A stretch of 64,000 nt of DNA from Mantamonas sphyraenae STR306. Its lineage: Eukaryota; Protista; CRuMs. The position numbers and the translations under genes are program-made. Position 1 is the first letter of the stretch; every line of letters starts with the position of its first letter. The notes beneath the pieces were generated by a model, which saw nothing but the letters and a program-made list of their open reading frames with translations, did no database searches and was not told the DNA's origin. This document shows positions 23,878 through 35,144 of this stretch, in pieces. Location: NCBI GenBank assembly GCA_026936335.1, contig JAPMXV010000030.1:248001-312000 (forward strand), given 5' to 3'.

Positions 23878-26253
23878 ATGTCGCATTGGGTTCCCGTGTG
23901 GGTCCAGGACCTGCAGTACGCATGGGGCACTGCAGTGCAAGCAAACGGGCCGGGTCTGTTTACTCGCAAGCAAATCCGCCATCGTGTACTTTGCTCGCCG
24001 GGTGTGACGGCCGGGGTGGTTTCTGGGACGGCTCCCTACTTCCAGAAGGTTATGGGAAGCAGCACGGCGCTGGAGGACGACGAGACACTGAACGAGAGTG
24101 TGTTGGACCACACGCGTGACGGGTCTGTGTCTGTGCGGGAGCAAGGAGCCCGGGCGCAGACTTGGGGAACAGCAGGAAAGTGGACGGAAGCGCAGGACAT
24201 ACTCAACACAATGCGAGCACAGCTGGACGAAGGGGTGCTGCGCTGGACAGCATTTATATGGCGTGTGGTGAGTCCGTCGATGTTTGATGGGGTGCTGGTG
24301 GACGACGCCGAGGTGCTTCGCGTGTGTGTGCATGACGCAGCCCAGCAGCGACAAATCGAAGAACGCAAGGCGCAGCCACACAAAGACACACGGCGACGCA
24401 AACGGCCCGACGAGACAAAGATGATGCAACGCGTGGGTGGAGGTGGAACCAGCAACATTCCGCTTGTGTATCTGCCCACACACAGGTCACATCTGGATTA
24501 CGTCGTGTTGTCAGACGTGTGCTTTGCGCACGGACTGCAGCTTCCTGTGATTGCAGCAGGGAAGAACCTGAACAGCAGTGGGCTGGGATGGTGGTTGCGT
24601 CGGTGTGGTGCCTTTTTCATCCGACGCAGGAGCACGAGTCCGCGTGACCACTTGTACCGTGCGGTGTTGACCGAGTACGTGCAGGTGATGCTTGAAGAGG
24701 GCAACAGCTTGGAGTTCTTTGCCGAAGGGGGCCGTAGCCGCAGTGGACGTGAGTTGCAACCACGTCCGGGTCTGCTGGCAGTCGTTCTCGACGCGTACCT
24801 CCACGGCAGGGTGGACGACATCTGTCTGTGTCCAGTGGCATTCAGCTACGAAAGGGTGCCCGAGCACACGTTGTACGTGAGCGAACTGGGCGGCCAGCCG
24901 AAACAGCAGAACGAAAACCTGGGTGGTTTGTGGCGCGGGGTGCGTTACGTGCGTGGCGATCGACGCCTCAGCTATGGCACCGTGGACGTATGCTTGGCCC
25001 AGCCTGTGTCCCTGGCCCAATGGTACGATGATCACGTGAAGCGTGTGCGCGCCAATGGCCACGAGACTTACGCACCAGAGACGGAGGAGGACGATCGAGT
25101 GGCCGTGGTGGAGGCGCTGGGCAAGTGGGTGGCAAGGCAGCATGTGCGCAAGGCACGCGTGAGCGCAGCAAGTATGGTGGGCACGTTTGTGTTGATGGGA
25201 GACGCATCGTCGAGTGCATGTGTGGCGTGGTGCAGGGAACGACTGGAGTGTGGGGAGGAGGTGTTGCAGATGTCGCATCTGGCCAATGGGCGCATGAGCC
25301 CTTACCGCTTGGTCCAGCTTGTACAGTGGCTTCGCGTGGGATTGGAGCAACGTGGCATGCGCCTTTCGTTGGACTTTGAAACCCACTCGATGGAGCAGTG
25401 TATCGATCGCACGCTCGGCCTGTTTGCCCACCTGCGCATCGATACGCGAGAGACACAGACACAATCGTCCACGAGCAAAGGTATGTTTGCGAGGCAGTTG
25501 AAACGAACGCACACCAAGCTCCACGGAGACTTTGCCCAAGACCTGGAGGAGGCGCAGCAGAAGGCGATTGTGACGCGACTGCACGGACCCATCCAGTACG
25601 GAGGCTGCGACATGACCATGGCCAAGCGCATGGATCTGGAATACCATCGCAGCCAGTTGCTGCCTGTGTTTCAACTGGAGGCGGTGCTGGTGCGTTGCAT
25701 GGCGGTGCTTGTGGAACACTTTCTGGCACAACAACAGGGCGACAGCAGCATGGAGGGCCAAGACGCCACCGACGTGTGGGTTCCTCATGCTGCTTTGTTT
25801 TCGTTGTGCACAGACACGTGTGCCCTTCTCAAGTGGGAGCTCGTCACGCTTGTGGACGAGTGGGAAGAAGCCGGCGACAGCGTTCTGCCCGCCATGATCG
25901 ATCAGGGCATCCTACGCGTGCAGGAGGTCGATGGTGGCCTTGTGTATGGGTTGCCTGTCGACAAGGCCCCCATGCGCATGTTTGTGTTTCTGATGCGTAT
26001 TTTGGTTGGCGTGCTGGATCCGCTCGTCGGAGTTGCTGAGTCGTGCGACACGGGAGACGCACTTGCAACACAACGTCGGTGCCTGGCCATGGTGGAAGAT
26101 GGAAACCTGTGTGCGACAGCATGTGATGCGTCGGCACTACAACGTGTGCAAAAAGCTGTGTCGGCAAATCTTCGCAGCAGAGCGACGGCAGTTGCGCTGC
26201 TGCTGCCAGCACAAAGGACAGCCGCCGCAAACTCAGAGAGCAGGAGAGAATGA
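23878..26253 (+). CDS. Glycerol-3-phosphate / DHAP acyltransferase (PlsB/GPAT family)
   Basis: Acyltransferase blocks LPTHRSHLDY, GAFFIRR, FFAEGGRSRSG and PVAFSYE. The start codon is uncertain. Confidence 0.88.
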   Translation: MSHWVPVWVQDLQYAWGTAVQANGPGLFTRKQIRHRVLCSPGVTAGVVSGTAPYFQKVMGSSTALEDDETLNESVLDHTRDGSVSVREQGARAQTWGTAGKWTEAQDILNTMRAQLDEGVLRWTAFIWRVVSPSMFDGVLVDDAEVLRVCVHDAAQQRQIEERKAQPHKDTRRRKRPDETKMMQRVGGGGTSNIPLVYLPTHRSHLDYVVLSDVCFAHGLQLPVIAAGKNLNSSGLGWWLRRCGAFFIRRRSTSPRDHLYRAVLTEYVQVMLEEGNSLEFFAEGGRSRSGRELQPRPGLLAVVLDAYLHGRVDDICLCPVAFSYERVPEHTLYVSELGGQPKQQNENLGGLWRGVRYVRGDRRLSYGTVDVCLAQPVSLAQWYDDHVKRVRANGHETYAPETEEDDRVAVVEALGKWVARQHVRKARVSAASMVGTFVLMGDASSSACVAWCRERLECGEEVLQMSHLANGRMSPYRLVQLVQWLRVGLEQRGMRLSLDFETHSMEQCIDRTLGLFAHLRIDTRETQTQSSTSKGMFARQLKRTHTKLHGDFAQDLEEAQQKAIVTRLHGPIQYGGCDMTMAKRMDLEYHRSQLLPVFQLEAVLVRCMAVLVEHFLAQQQGDSSMEGQDATDVWVPHAALFSLCTDTCALLKWELVTLVDEWEEAGDSVLPAMIDQGILRVQEVDGGLVYGLPVDKAPMRMFVFLMRILVGVLDPLVGVAESCDTGDALATQRRCLAMVEDGNLCATACDASALQRVQKAVSANLRSRATAVALLLPAQRTAAANSESRRE

Positions 26254-26729
26254 TTGTGCAACGAAGTGGAGTGGTCCACTGGACGCCGCGTGCAATGAAA
26301 CAGGGTAGCAAACGGCTGGACACGCTCAAGTCGTCTCGGGATTTCCAACGCGTGCGTGGCTCGCCACACACCACACGCTTCAACGGCAAAGCCTTCCAGC
26401 TGAACGCACTGCCGTACGACGACACAGTGCACATGCGCCACCAGGAGCGTGTGCGTGCGCAACTGGGACAAGGCCCGTTGCGCATCCCGCAACTGCCCGC
26501 ATGGCGTGTGGGCTTTGTGGTCACCAAAAAGGTGTTTGGGAAGAAGGCAGTCACTCGCAACCGTGCACGGCGTCGTCTTCGTGAGGCCTCACGTCTGGTT
26601 ATGCTGGAGAACGACTGTGCAGAGAGCGGGTACGACTATGTGCTTTTCGCGCGTCCTGCCGTGCTCACCATTGACTTTCAAGATCTGTGCCACGAACTGG
26701 CCACGGGACTGATGCATGTGCTGCGCTGA
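26250..26729 (+). CDS. rnpA: Bacterial-type ribonuclease P protein component (RnpA), probably organelle-targeted
   Basis: LKSSRDFQRV, RVGFVVTKKVFGKKAVTRNRARRRLREA (RNR motif) and GYDYVLFARP. Confidence 0.85.
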   Translation: MIVQRSGVVHWTPRAMKQGSKRLDTLKSSRDFQRVRGSPHTTRFNGKAFQLNALPYDDTVHMRHQERVRAQLGQGPLRIPQLPAWRVGFVVTKKVFGKKAVTRNRARRRLREASRLVMLENDCAESGYDYVLFARPAVLTIDFQDLCHELATGLMHVLR

Positions 26730-26768
26730 TCGTGAGGGTGTGTTGTGTGTATTGTGTGTCTACGTGGC

Positions 26769-28632
26769 TCACGGGGCGTTGCCAAACACACGGAAAGGAT
26801 GCGCTTCGGTGTTGAACACGTACTGGTCCAGAGGAAGTACCGTCGTGGGCGAAAAGATGAGATACAAATACTTGAGGGTCTCTGCCCAGAAGAAGGACTG
26901 CATGGAGTTATTGTGCAGCGGGTTTGCGCGACCTGGACGCGCGTCCTTGTGGATGCGAGTGACGTCCTTGAGACCCGAAAAGGCGGTTTCTGTGCGACAG
27001 TGTGTGTTGATGGCCTGGAACGCCTGCCAGGCCCATTCCTGGTACACACTCTCGCCCGTGATGCGGTAGAGGACAAACATGCTCTCAATCGTCTCTGGAC
27101 GCAACAGGTAGTGGGTGGCGCCTGGTGGCACGCGATACTGGGGGCCGTCGTCATTGTCATTGTCAGTGGCGGGAGGAAACTCGACGGCTTCAGGGCCCAA
27201 GCCTGTGGGCTGGTCGGTGTATGTTTGCCAGCAGGTGCGAAGTAGTTCGCGTGCAAGAAGGAGCTCGCGCTCTTTGGTGTCGCCTTGTGCACCGAGGGCA
27301 AGCATGCCTGGCACGTAGCACACCAAGTGGTCCTGTTTGTCGATGGGCCGCTTGCTTTGCATCTCGCGAATAAAGTAGAGAGCGTGCTTGTGGAGGTCGG
27401 CTTGGGTGTGGCCCAGCAGCGTTTCAATCATGCTGCGTGTGGACTGGTCGTACATGCGTCTGTACAGCGGCTCCGTCTTGTTGCTCAGCAGGTGTTGCTT
27501 GAGTAGATACTCGTAAAACGAGTCGCCGAGGCCGCCGTAGCTGATGTGCTGGTTGCCTGCACGGCCCGTTTCCGGGTTGATGTAGGTCGGATACAGCCCT
27601 GGAGAGATCGGTGCTCATGCGACTCAGCTGAGTCATGACACGCGTGGCAGCCTCGGCGTACTTTGTGTCCTGCACGAGGTAGGAGAGGTATTTGAACTCC
27701 AGCTGAACAGACCCCAGTTCCGACAGCAACGAGTTGCCCTGGGTCCAGCTGGGATTGAATGCTTTGCCCGTGCGAAGGTTGACAATGGAGTAGGGAATGC
27801 CTGTGGGCGAGTCAAAGGCGGGCAGGAGGCGGTCGGCAAGCTGACGGGCCTTGTCGAGAAAGAGTGGATCTTCAGAGAGGGTGTAGGCACCCAGGAGGCC
27901 ACCCAGATAGCGGATGGTTGTCTCAAAGAACGAAGCATTCCAATCTTTGTCCCAATCGATGCCCTGGATGTGTTTGCGTGTGGCCTGCATGGCCTCCTGC
28001 AGGTTCATGATGATCATGGTGTCCAGGCCATCCACCAGCGAGACACCAAAGCCTCCCCACGAGTCATTGGTGGCGTTTGTCACAGGGTGTACCTCGTCGT
28101 GACCCATGGCGTACTTGGCATAGCCGTTGAAGCTGTGCAGCATGGCCTCACGCACAGCCTCGCGACGTTCAGCAAGCACTGCGTCGCGCTTCTTTGTGTC
28201 CGCGGACGTCTTTTGCCGCGCTGCTCGACGGATCTGCTGGGCACGCATGGCCTTCATCTCCTCCATCTTCTCTTTGACCAGCTCTTGGTTGCTTTTGTGC
28301 GGCGTCTGCGAGTCCTGTGGTGTCGCGGGGGGAGCTGTGTTCAAAGGCGGATCGAAGCCGACGTCATCCCCGCCGGGAGTGGTCACGCCTGGCGAATTGT
28401 CGGTGGACGCCGAGCCGCCTGAAAAGAAGAGAGCCCAGACAGCGAGGATGAGGAGGCCAAGCGCAGAGAGGACCTGGAGGACAAAGAGGGGATTGTGGAG
28501 ACGGTTGAGGAAGCGATTGAAGTTCAGCCGCAGGCTGCGACGCAGGTAGTGTGTGGACACGCCAAACACCTTGAACATCAATGGACTCTCGTCATGGGGC
28601 CGCAGGTGACGCGTGTGTCTTTGCCGCAACAT
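26769..28632 (-). CDS. Class I alpha-1,2-mannosidase (GH47), type II membrane protein; frameshift at ~27600
   Basis: N-terminal TM segment, GHDEVHP, FFETTIRYLGGLL, YLLRPETIES and MQSFFWAETLKYLYL..FNTEAHP. Confidence 0.92.
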
Positions 28633-28728
28633 GGAGTGAAGGAGTGTTGGTGTGAGGGAGCGAGGGTCTGGCCTGGGTGTGGATGCGCAGTGGTTCATAG
28701 TTGCTTTCATTTGGACACATGGAGGATG

Positions 28729-29172
28729 TCATCCCTCAAAGCGTGCAGGTTTGTATGGATGGTATCCTCGCTGGTTGCGAGTGTTGCTTGGCTGGACCTT
28801 GCCGCTGCCGCCGCTATTGCTCTTGGTGTTCTGTTTCAGGATGGCGCTGAGGCCTTGGAAGGCTCGCATGTTGCTGTCGTTGGTTGAAGAGGAGGAAGGA
28901 GACATGGAAGAAGAGGAAGACGAGGTGGATGTCGTACTGGTGGACGATCCTGTCAGGTTGCGCATCGAAGCAAACGGGTCGACGGACATCTGTTGGGAAT
29001 TCGAGTTGGTGTTGGTGTTGGTGTTGGTGTTGCTGCTGACATTGGTGTTGCCTGCACCCGTGCTCTTCAGCAGCTCTGTGAGGCCGCTAAGGCCATTGAG
29101 AGCGTTGATTGCGTTGATGGCATTGATGCTCGATGCGAGCTGCGACGTCATGTCCACCTGCTGCTGGCCAGT

Positions 29173-29207
<35 letters not shown>

Positions 29208-31033
29208 GCGGTTGTTGCATGTAGCCACCGAATTGCTGCTGCTGCGGCTGCTGCTGCTGCATGGGTTGCATCTGTTGCTGCTGAGGCTGGCCGTAACCGC
29301 CACCAAACATTTGTTGCTGCGGCTGCTGCTGTTGTTGCTGCTGAGGTGGGGGACCTCCGTATCCTCCACCTCCGCCGCCGTACTGTTGCTGCTGGGGCGC
29401 TTGTTGCTGCCAGCCGCCACCGCCACCGCCTCCACCGTACGACTGTTGCTGTTGCTGCGGAGGCGGGCCTCCGTATCCATAGTTGTCTTGCTGTTGCTGC
29501 TGCGGGGGCGGGCCTCCGTACTGATTCTGTTGGCCGTACCCTTGGGAATGGCCTCCGTAGCTGCCTCCACCGCCTCCACCGCCATACTGCTGCTGCTGCT
29601 GCTGCGGCGGGGGTCCTCCGTACCCTCCACCTCCTCCTTGGTACGGCTGGCTGCCTGTGCCGCCATAGTTGGGGTTGCCTCCTCCGCCTCCACCTTGGTA
29701 CGGCTGGCTGCCTGTGCCACCGTAGTTGGAGTTGCCTCCACCACCGTACCCGCCACCTCCACCTCCATATCCACCACCTCCACCTCCATATCCACCACCG
29801 CCACCTCCGAATCCACCACCGCCACCGCCACCACCACCCCACGAGTCACGCGGTGGTGGTCCGCCGTACGAGTCTCCGCCGCGAGCATTGCCCAGCAAGC
29901 CTCCATATCCTCCACCTCCGCCGCCTCCTCCGTATCCACCGCCTCCGTAGTCGTCACGACGTCCTCCCCATCCGCCACCAAAATCGCGGTCTCGGCCTCC
30001 GCCACCGCCGCGACGACGGTCATCAAAACGGTCTCGGCCGCCGCCGCCGCCGCCGCCACCTCCTCCACCGCGGTCGCCGTGAGTAAACTCCTTCTTGGCA
30101 GCCGGTTTGACGTCTACGAGTTCTCCCTGGATGGAATGTTTCTGGATGCGCAAGCAGGCGCGGACGATGTCATGGCTGGCAAAGCGCACAAAGGCAAAAC
30201 CGCGCAGGCGGCCGGTGTCCTTGGAACGAGGCAACAGCACTTCAACAACCTGGCCATACTGGGAAAAGTAGTTGCGCAATACGTCTTCGGTTTGGTTGTC
30301 GCTCAGACCACCGACAAACACCTTTTGGGACTCTTCACCTGTGGTGAGAGGTTCCACGGTGCCGTGGCGACTGACGGCGTCTTTGATGGTGATGAAGCTG
30401 GTATTGCCGCGGAAGCCAATGCTTCCTGCATTCAGGGCATTGCGTCGCCCCTCCTGCGTCAAGAAGGTGACAAAGCCATAGCCGCCGATCGATTTCGTGC
30501 TGCCATACTTTGACTTGATGTCCACCAGCCGGACGGGCCCAAACACGCTCATCACTTCTTCGATTTCGTTGGGCACGGCGTCTGTGGGGAAACCACGCAC
30601 GTATACCTTGCTGCAACGGCCAACAGCGAGAGAGAGAGAGAGAGAGAGAGGAGAGCAGCGAGCAAACGCAAAAATAGGACGACGAAAACACACGGAATGT
30701 GAGCCGGGCATGTAAACGCAAACGGGGTGGGGGAACCGGCAGGGAAGAGGACACTGAGCAACAGGCACACCTGTGCACACGCAAACTGCTGTCCCAAACT
30801 CACGTCTCGCCTTCGGCAACAATGCCATCTGTGCCTTCGGAGAGGGAAACCAGCGGAACGTAGGAACCAGAGTCAAGTTTGACAACGGGTTTGGCAAAGG
30901 AGGAAGAAGAAGAAGAAGAAGAGGAGGAGGAGGAGGATGAGGCTTGCTGTGTGTTGGGGCTGCCAAACAGGCTGCCAGAGTTGTTGCTAGCTTGCTGCTG
31001 CTGCTGCTGCGGCGAGGCCGCTTCGGTGCTCAT
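28729..31033 (-). CDS. Two-RRM RNA-binding protein (hnRNP A/D, Musashi-like) with Gly/Gln/Tyr low-complexity tail; one intron
   Basis: KVFVGGLS (RNP2), RGFAFVRF (RNP1), YGFVTF and C-terminal RGYHPY. Confidence 0.85.
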
Positions 31034-31258
31034 GTGGTCTTGGTCGCTCATTTTTCCAACGTCACAACGGGAGCACTTTTACGAGAGCTACAGGCGATAG
31101 AGAGAAATGTGTGTGCTTTGTGGGTTCACTGTAGAATGGAGCAATGGATGACGACGACGTTGGATGACGTGCGTGCGTGTGTGCGTGTGTGTGTGTGCGT
31201 GTGTGTGTGTGCGACGGGGAAGCAGCGCGACGCGAGAGACACAAGAACCCAACGAAGA

Positions 31259-31981
31259 ATGTTTGCCCGAGCAAGCGCATCGGCCAAGCAGAGCTCAAGG
31301 GTTGCGTGGAGCAGCGGGATGAGTGTGTGGGGGTCGAGCGTGGAAGGCAGCAGTGCAAGTGGGGTGCTGCATGCATGGGAGGGCGGCCTGCAGGAAACGG
31401 CACACATGCGCGGATTCGGGACGGCCAGCGTGCAGGCGCAGGAGGAGACACAGAACAGCACAGACGGAGGGAACGATAGCGAACGGGAAGCACCCGTGCT
31501 GAGCAGCGAGATGGGGCACGAAGTGTCCACAGACGCGGCCCTGGACGACATGTTTACGGTGAAGACGGAAGACGCCGCGGAGGTGGAGAGCGATCTGGTG
31601 GGAATGTATCGATATGGACTGACGGAGGAGGACGTGGCGGGCTATTCGGACACTGTCAAAACGCTGCTGTCGCTTGCGTATGCCCCGCAGGCCGAAATCA
31701 ACCAATACCGCGTGCGCAAGGCCCGCGCGGCTCTTGCCCGAGACGAGGGCGACACGGGCTCGCCCGAAGCACAGATTGCCGGGTTCACCGAACGCATCCA
31801 GTACCTGAACAGACACCTGAAGGAGCACAAGAAGGACAAGCACTCTCGCCGTGGCTTGGTCATGCTTGTCAACAAGCGTCGCAAGCTGCTGAAGTATCTG
31901 TACCGCAAGGACCCACACCGCTACTTTGGTGTCATCGACGAGCTGAACCTGCGTGACACCTTCAGCGAGCAGCGAGGATAA
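31259..31981 (+). CDS. MRPS15: Mitochondrial ribosomal protein uS15
   Basis: [45 protein letters not shown], with a presequence-like N-terminus. Confidence 0.9.
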   Translation: MFARASASAKQSSRVAWSSGMSVWGSSVEGSSASGVLHAWEGGLQETAHMRGFGTASVQAQEETQNSTDGGNDSEREAPVLSSEMGHEVSTDAALDDMFTVKTEDAAEVESDLVGMYRYGLTEEDVAGYSDTVKTLLSLAYAPQAEINQYRVRKARAALARDEGDTGSPEAQIAGFTERIQYLNRHLKEHKKDKHSRRGLVMLVNKRRKLLKYLYRKDPHRYFGVIDELNLRDTFSEQRG

Positions 31982-32135
31982 ACAGGAGAGAAAGAGAGGC
32001 AAAAGCGAACGAAAGCGAGAGAAGTATGGACGGCATGGAGGGAGGGACGACGCAGACCTGGACAACAAAACCCAAAAACCACACCCACGCTCACCTACCG
32101 TCACTTTTGCGACACCAGCCGTTGTTGACAAAAGC

Positions 32136-34302
32136 ATGCAGCATCCGCCAAGCGCATCGACGGTGGGCACACCCACGGTGGGCTCGATTTCGGTGCACCA
32201 GATGGCAGAGAACGAGGCGTCGGCAGCTGTGGCGCCTGCTGCGGCGAGTGCGACGCCGCAGATGAACGTGCCCATCTTCATCCGCATGAAGAACAGGCTG
32301 GGACTGGACGGGCGAAGCAGTCAAGCGGTGGAGGCAGAGGTGAACGCAAGCGTGGCCGAGGCGTTTGCACCGGAGGGCAAGGATAGCATGGATGAGGAGA
32401 CGGTGCAGAAACGCAGGCAGCACCGAAAAGGGAGGCTGTTGACACGCCGTAAGCAGGAATTGAAACGACACAAGCGACAGGCAAGCAAGCTGCGGGTGAG
32501 CGCAACCAGGTCGGCGCGCAAACGCAAAGCTGAAGAGGCGCTGGAACGGATGGTGGACGAATACTCGGAGGGGTATGCAGACTACTTGGATGCACTGGAG
32601 GCAGGGGAGTTGGAGGTCAAGTCGCTGGACAAGGAAGAATTGGAGGAGGAGAAGGCCAAGGCGGCAGACGGGAGGGGCGGCGTGTTGCAATCCAAAACGG
32701 AGGTGTCGCCCGTGTCGACACGTTCACGACGCGTGGTACCACGTAGCCGGCGAGCAGCCACAAGCAGTAGCAGCAGTAGCAGCAGCAGCAGCGGCAACGG
32801 AGGAGGCAAGGACGGGGACGACGAGCAAGGGGAGGGCAGCGGAGAACACGACCCAGCAAACGAGGTCGCCCACGTGGGCGGCGCTCGCGTCACAGGCCTC
32901 CAGCTGGCCCTGGACTACTGGATGCAGACCAAGATGGAAGACCGCATCGGCGTCGTCAATGCGCGCAAGAAGCGCAAGAAGGTAGGTTGTACAGCAGACG
33001 GTTGTGTATCTTGCGGGGTCCAAAAGGAACTCAATGCGCGCGATCACACAGCCGCGCCCTTTTCCCCCTTTGCTCGCAAAGAAAACACACAGCCAGACCG
33101 TGTGATCCACGCCCCGCCCCTCACACAGACACTGACACGCATTACACGGATTACACGCATTACACGCACACACGCACATGCGCACACCCATCCACTTGAC
33201 GCCACACCGCAGCAATCAAGCACGACGGCCGACTTGTCACAGTCGCTGAAGCTGGACCTGCTGGACGCAGCCATCAAAAACACAGAGTTGTGTGAGGATG
33301 GAAGGTTCACAGCGGGCCGCCACCTGGTGGACCAAGTGGACGTGGGAGTGACCATGGTGCTGAACCTGTACCCGGGCGGGTTTTCCATCGACAACCAACG
33401 CATGTACTACACATACGACAGCCCCTACCGGGTGCTGCTGCAGGCCATCGACACGGGTCGACTGACGTCTGACGTGCGGGACATGCTGAAGAACACACCG
33501 TGCCTGTACCACGACGGCTGCCTCGTGGTGGACATCCACGACTACCGATACAACAACTCGCCGACAAGCGCCCCCACTGTACAGCGGGTGCTGCTGCGTC
33601 CGGACCCCACGTACGTGGCGGCGGACGTCACCGAGTGCTGGGAGGACCACAGGGACGAGCTGGGAGGCGGGTTCAACCAACAGGACATCGAACTGGAGGT
33701 GGAGAAGCGCATCCTGCTCGCCACACGCGAGGTGGACACAAACCCCAGCCAGCATGTGTTGCGTGTGGCCAATGCCCAACAGTACAACGCACTCAAGTTC
33801 AACCGAGCGTGCAAGCCGCGCGTTAAAAACCCTCGGTTCCGTCCACCATCCAGCGCAAGGTGGTGCAGATGAACAAGGAAGTGCACCACCGCGTCACATA
33901 CAACTACGTCACCAACAAGACTGCGTTTGGGCTGCTTTCCTTCCTGCGCGAGCGCAAGGAGGAAGAGGAGCGACGCAACAAGCGCCGCGAGGCCATCATG
34001 CGTCCTGCTGCAGGCGCTCCTGCAATGCCGCTGTCTGTGATTACCACATCCACACGCGCAGGCACCACCCTGTCCCAGCTGCCCAACATCATGACGCCCA
34101 ATCCGATGCAACTGGCCAAGCAATTGGGCCAGGTGGCAAGCAACCTGACGCCGCGCAAGCTCGCCTTTGGCGTACCGGGCGCCTCTGCCTCTGGCCTGAG
34201 CATCGTGGAGCGCCAAGCGCAGCAGAAGCAAATGATGCGACACACCTCTATTGCCAGTCTGGGCGACGGCATGGACCTGGAGGAGCAGAGCGAAGACGCC
34301 CT

Positions 34303-34338
<36 letters not shown>

Positions 34339-34947
34339 GAAGCAAACAACGAACCCAACACGAGCGCAAGCACAAACACAAAGCACGAGAAGCACCGTGG
34401 CGTGATGACGGGGTCAACGGAACAACAGGAGGCACAGAAGGCGAGCATTCCTGTGGAGAATGTGCCCAGCCATTGGGCGCTGCACCGTGTGCTGCGCTTC
34501 GAGTCGTTGAGCAAGCGTGGCCATCAGGTGTGCTACATGGATGTGTACCGATGGGACACGGAAACGCTGGGCATCATTCGCGTGCAGCAGCTGACCACAC
34601 GCGGCCACGCCAGCAAGAGCACCATGGAGAGTGCGCGTGACAGCACAAAGGGCATGCAGAACGCTGTCGCCGACGTGGGCTCGCGCGTCAATCTCAGCAT
34701 CCCCACAGACGCCATGTGCTTTGGGCTAGGACCCACCGGCCGCCACAAGGCCTTCATCCAGCAGTTTATCGATCTGTTTTCCCGCGAGGGCTTCATGCTT
34801 GTTGCAGACTCGCACACAGGCCTCGATACAGAGTTGCCTGTGTCCTCGTCCAACAACAGCTCCATCAGCAGCCGGCGCATGATGAAACGCATGCAGAAGC
34901 CAAGCCTCAGTGCCAAGCAGATGATGGAAGTGTTTTCTACGGAATGA
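32136..34947 (+). CDS. SPT20: SAGA subunit Spt20-like (SEP domain); intron ~32982-33212, frameshifts at ~33850 and ~34320
   Basis: VLNLYPGGFS, YHDGCLVVDIHDYR, RVLLRPDP and EVEKRILLAT. Confidence 0.75.
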
Positions 34948-34958
34948 AGAGACTCCCC

Positions 34959-34966
34959 CTCCGTTA
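34959..34966. repeat. Target-site duplication CTCCGTTA, copy at the omegaRNA end
   Basis: Identical to 41009-41016. Confidence 0.75.
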
Positions 34967-35144
34967 TTGTTGAATCCACCGTGCTGTGCACATCCGGAAC
35001 AACAACGAAATACGCAGCGTCGTGTAAACTTCGCCACTGATGAACTATCTGAGAGGCTGCACGTGAAAGTGGTCCCAGCAGATCCTCGTTCATCATCGTT
35101 GTTGGTTGCCTGATGCCACACAGCACGTGTGGAAGGTTTCACAC
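34967..35144 (-). ncRNA. Candidate Fanzor omegaRNA scaffold (guide would continue into 34966-34947)
   Basis: Lies between the nuclease stop codon and the element end. Long imperfect inverted repeat 34975-35008 / 35096-35133, with inner stems 35038-35045 / 35088-35095 and 35047-35051 / 35079-35083. Confidence 0.65.

Noticed and set aside
26250-26729. Bacterial contamination or chimeric contig suggested by rnpA and ArgRS
   Set aside because: Both are embedded among intron-containing eukaryotic genes of similar composition, and ArgRS itself has GT-AG introns.
30627-30655. (GA)n tracts here and at 49620-49650, and CA-rich runs
   Set aside because: These are ordinary intronic microsatellites.
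34861-34947. SPT20 truncated by the insertion
   Set aside because: Its stop codon (34945-34947) lies outside the TSD, so the element appears to be inserted downstream of the CDS.
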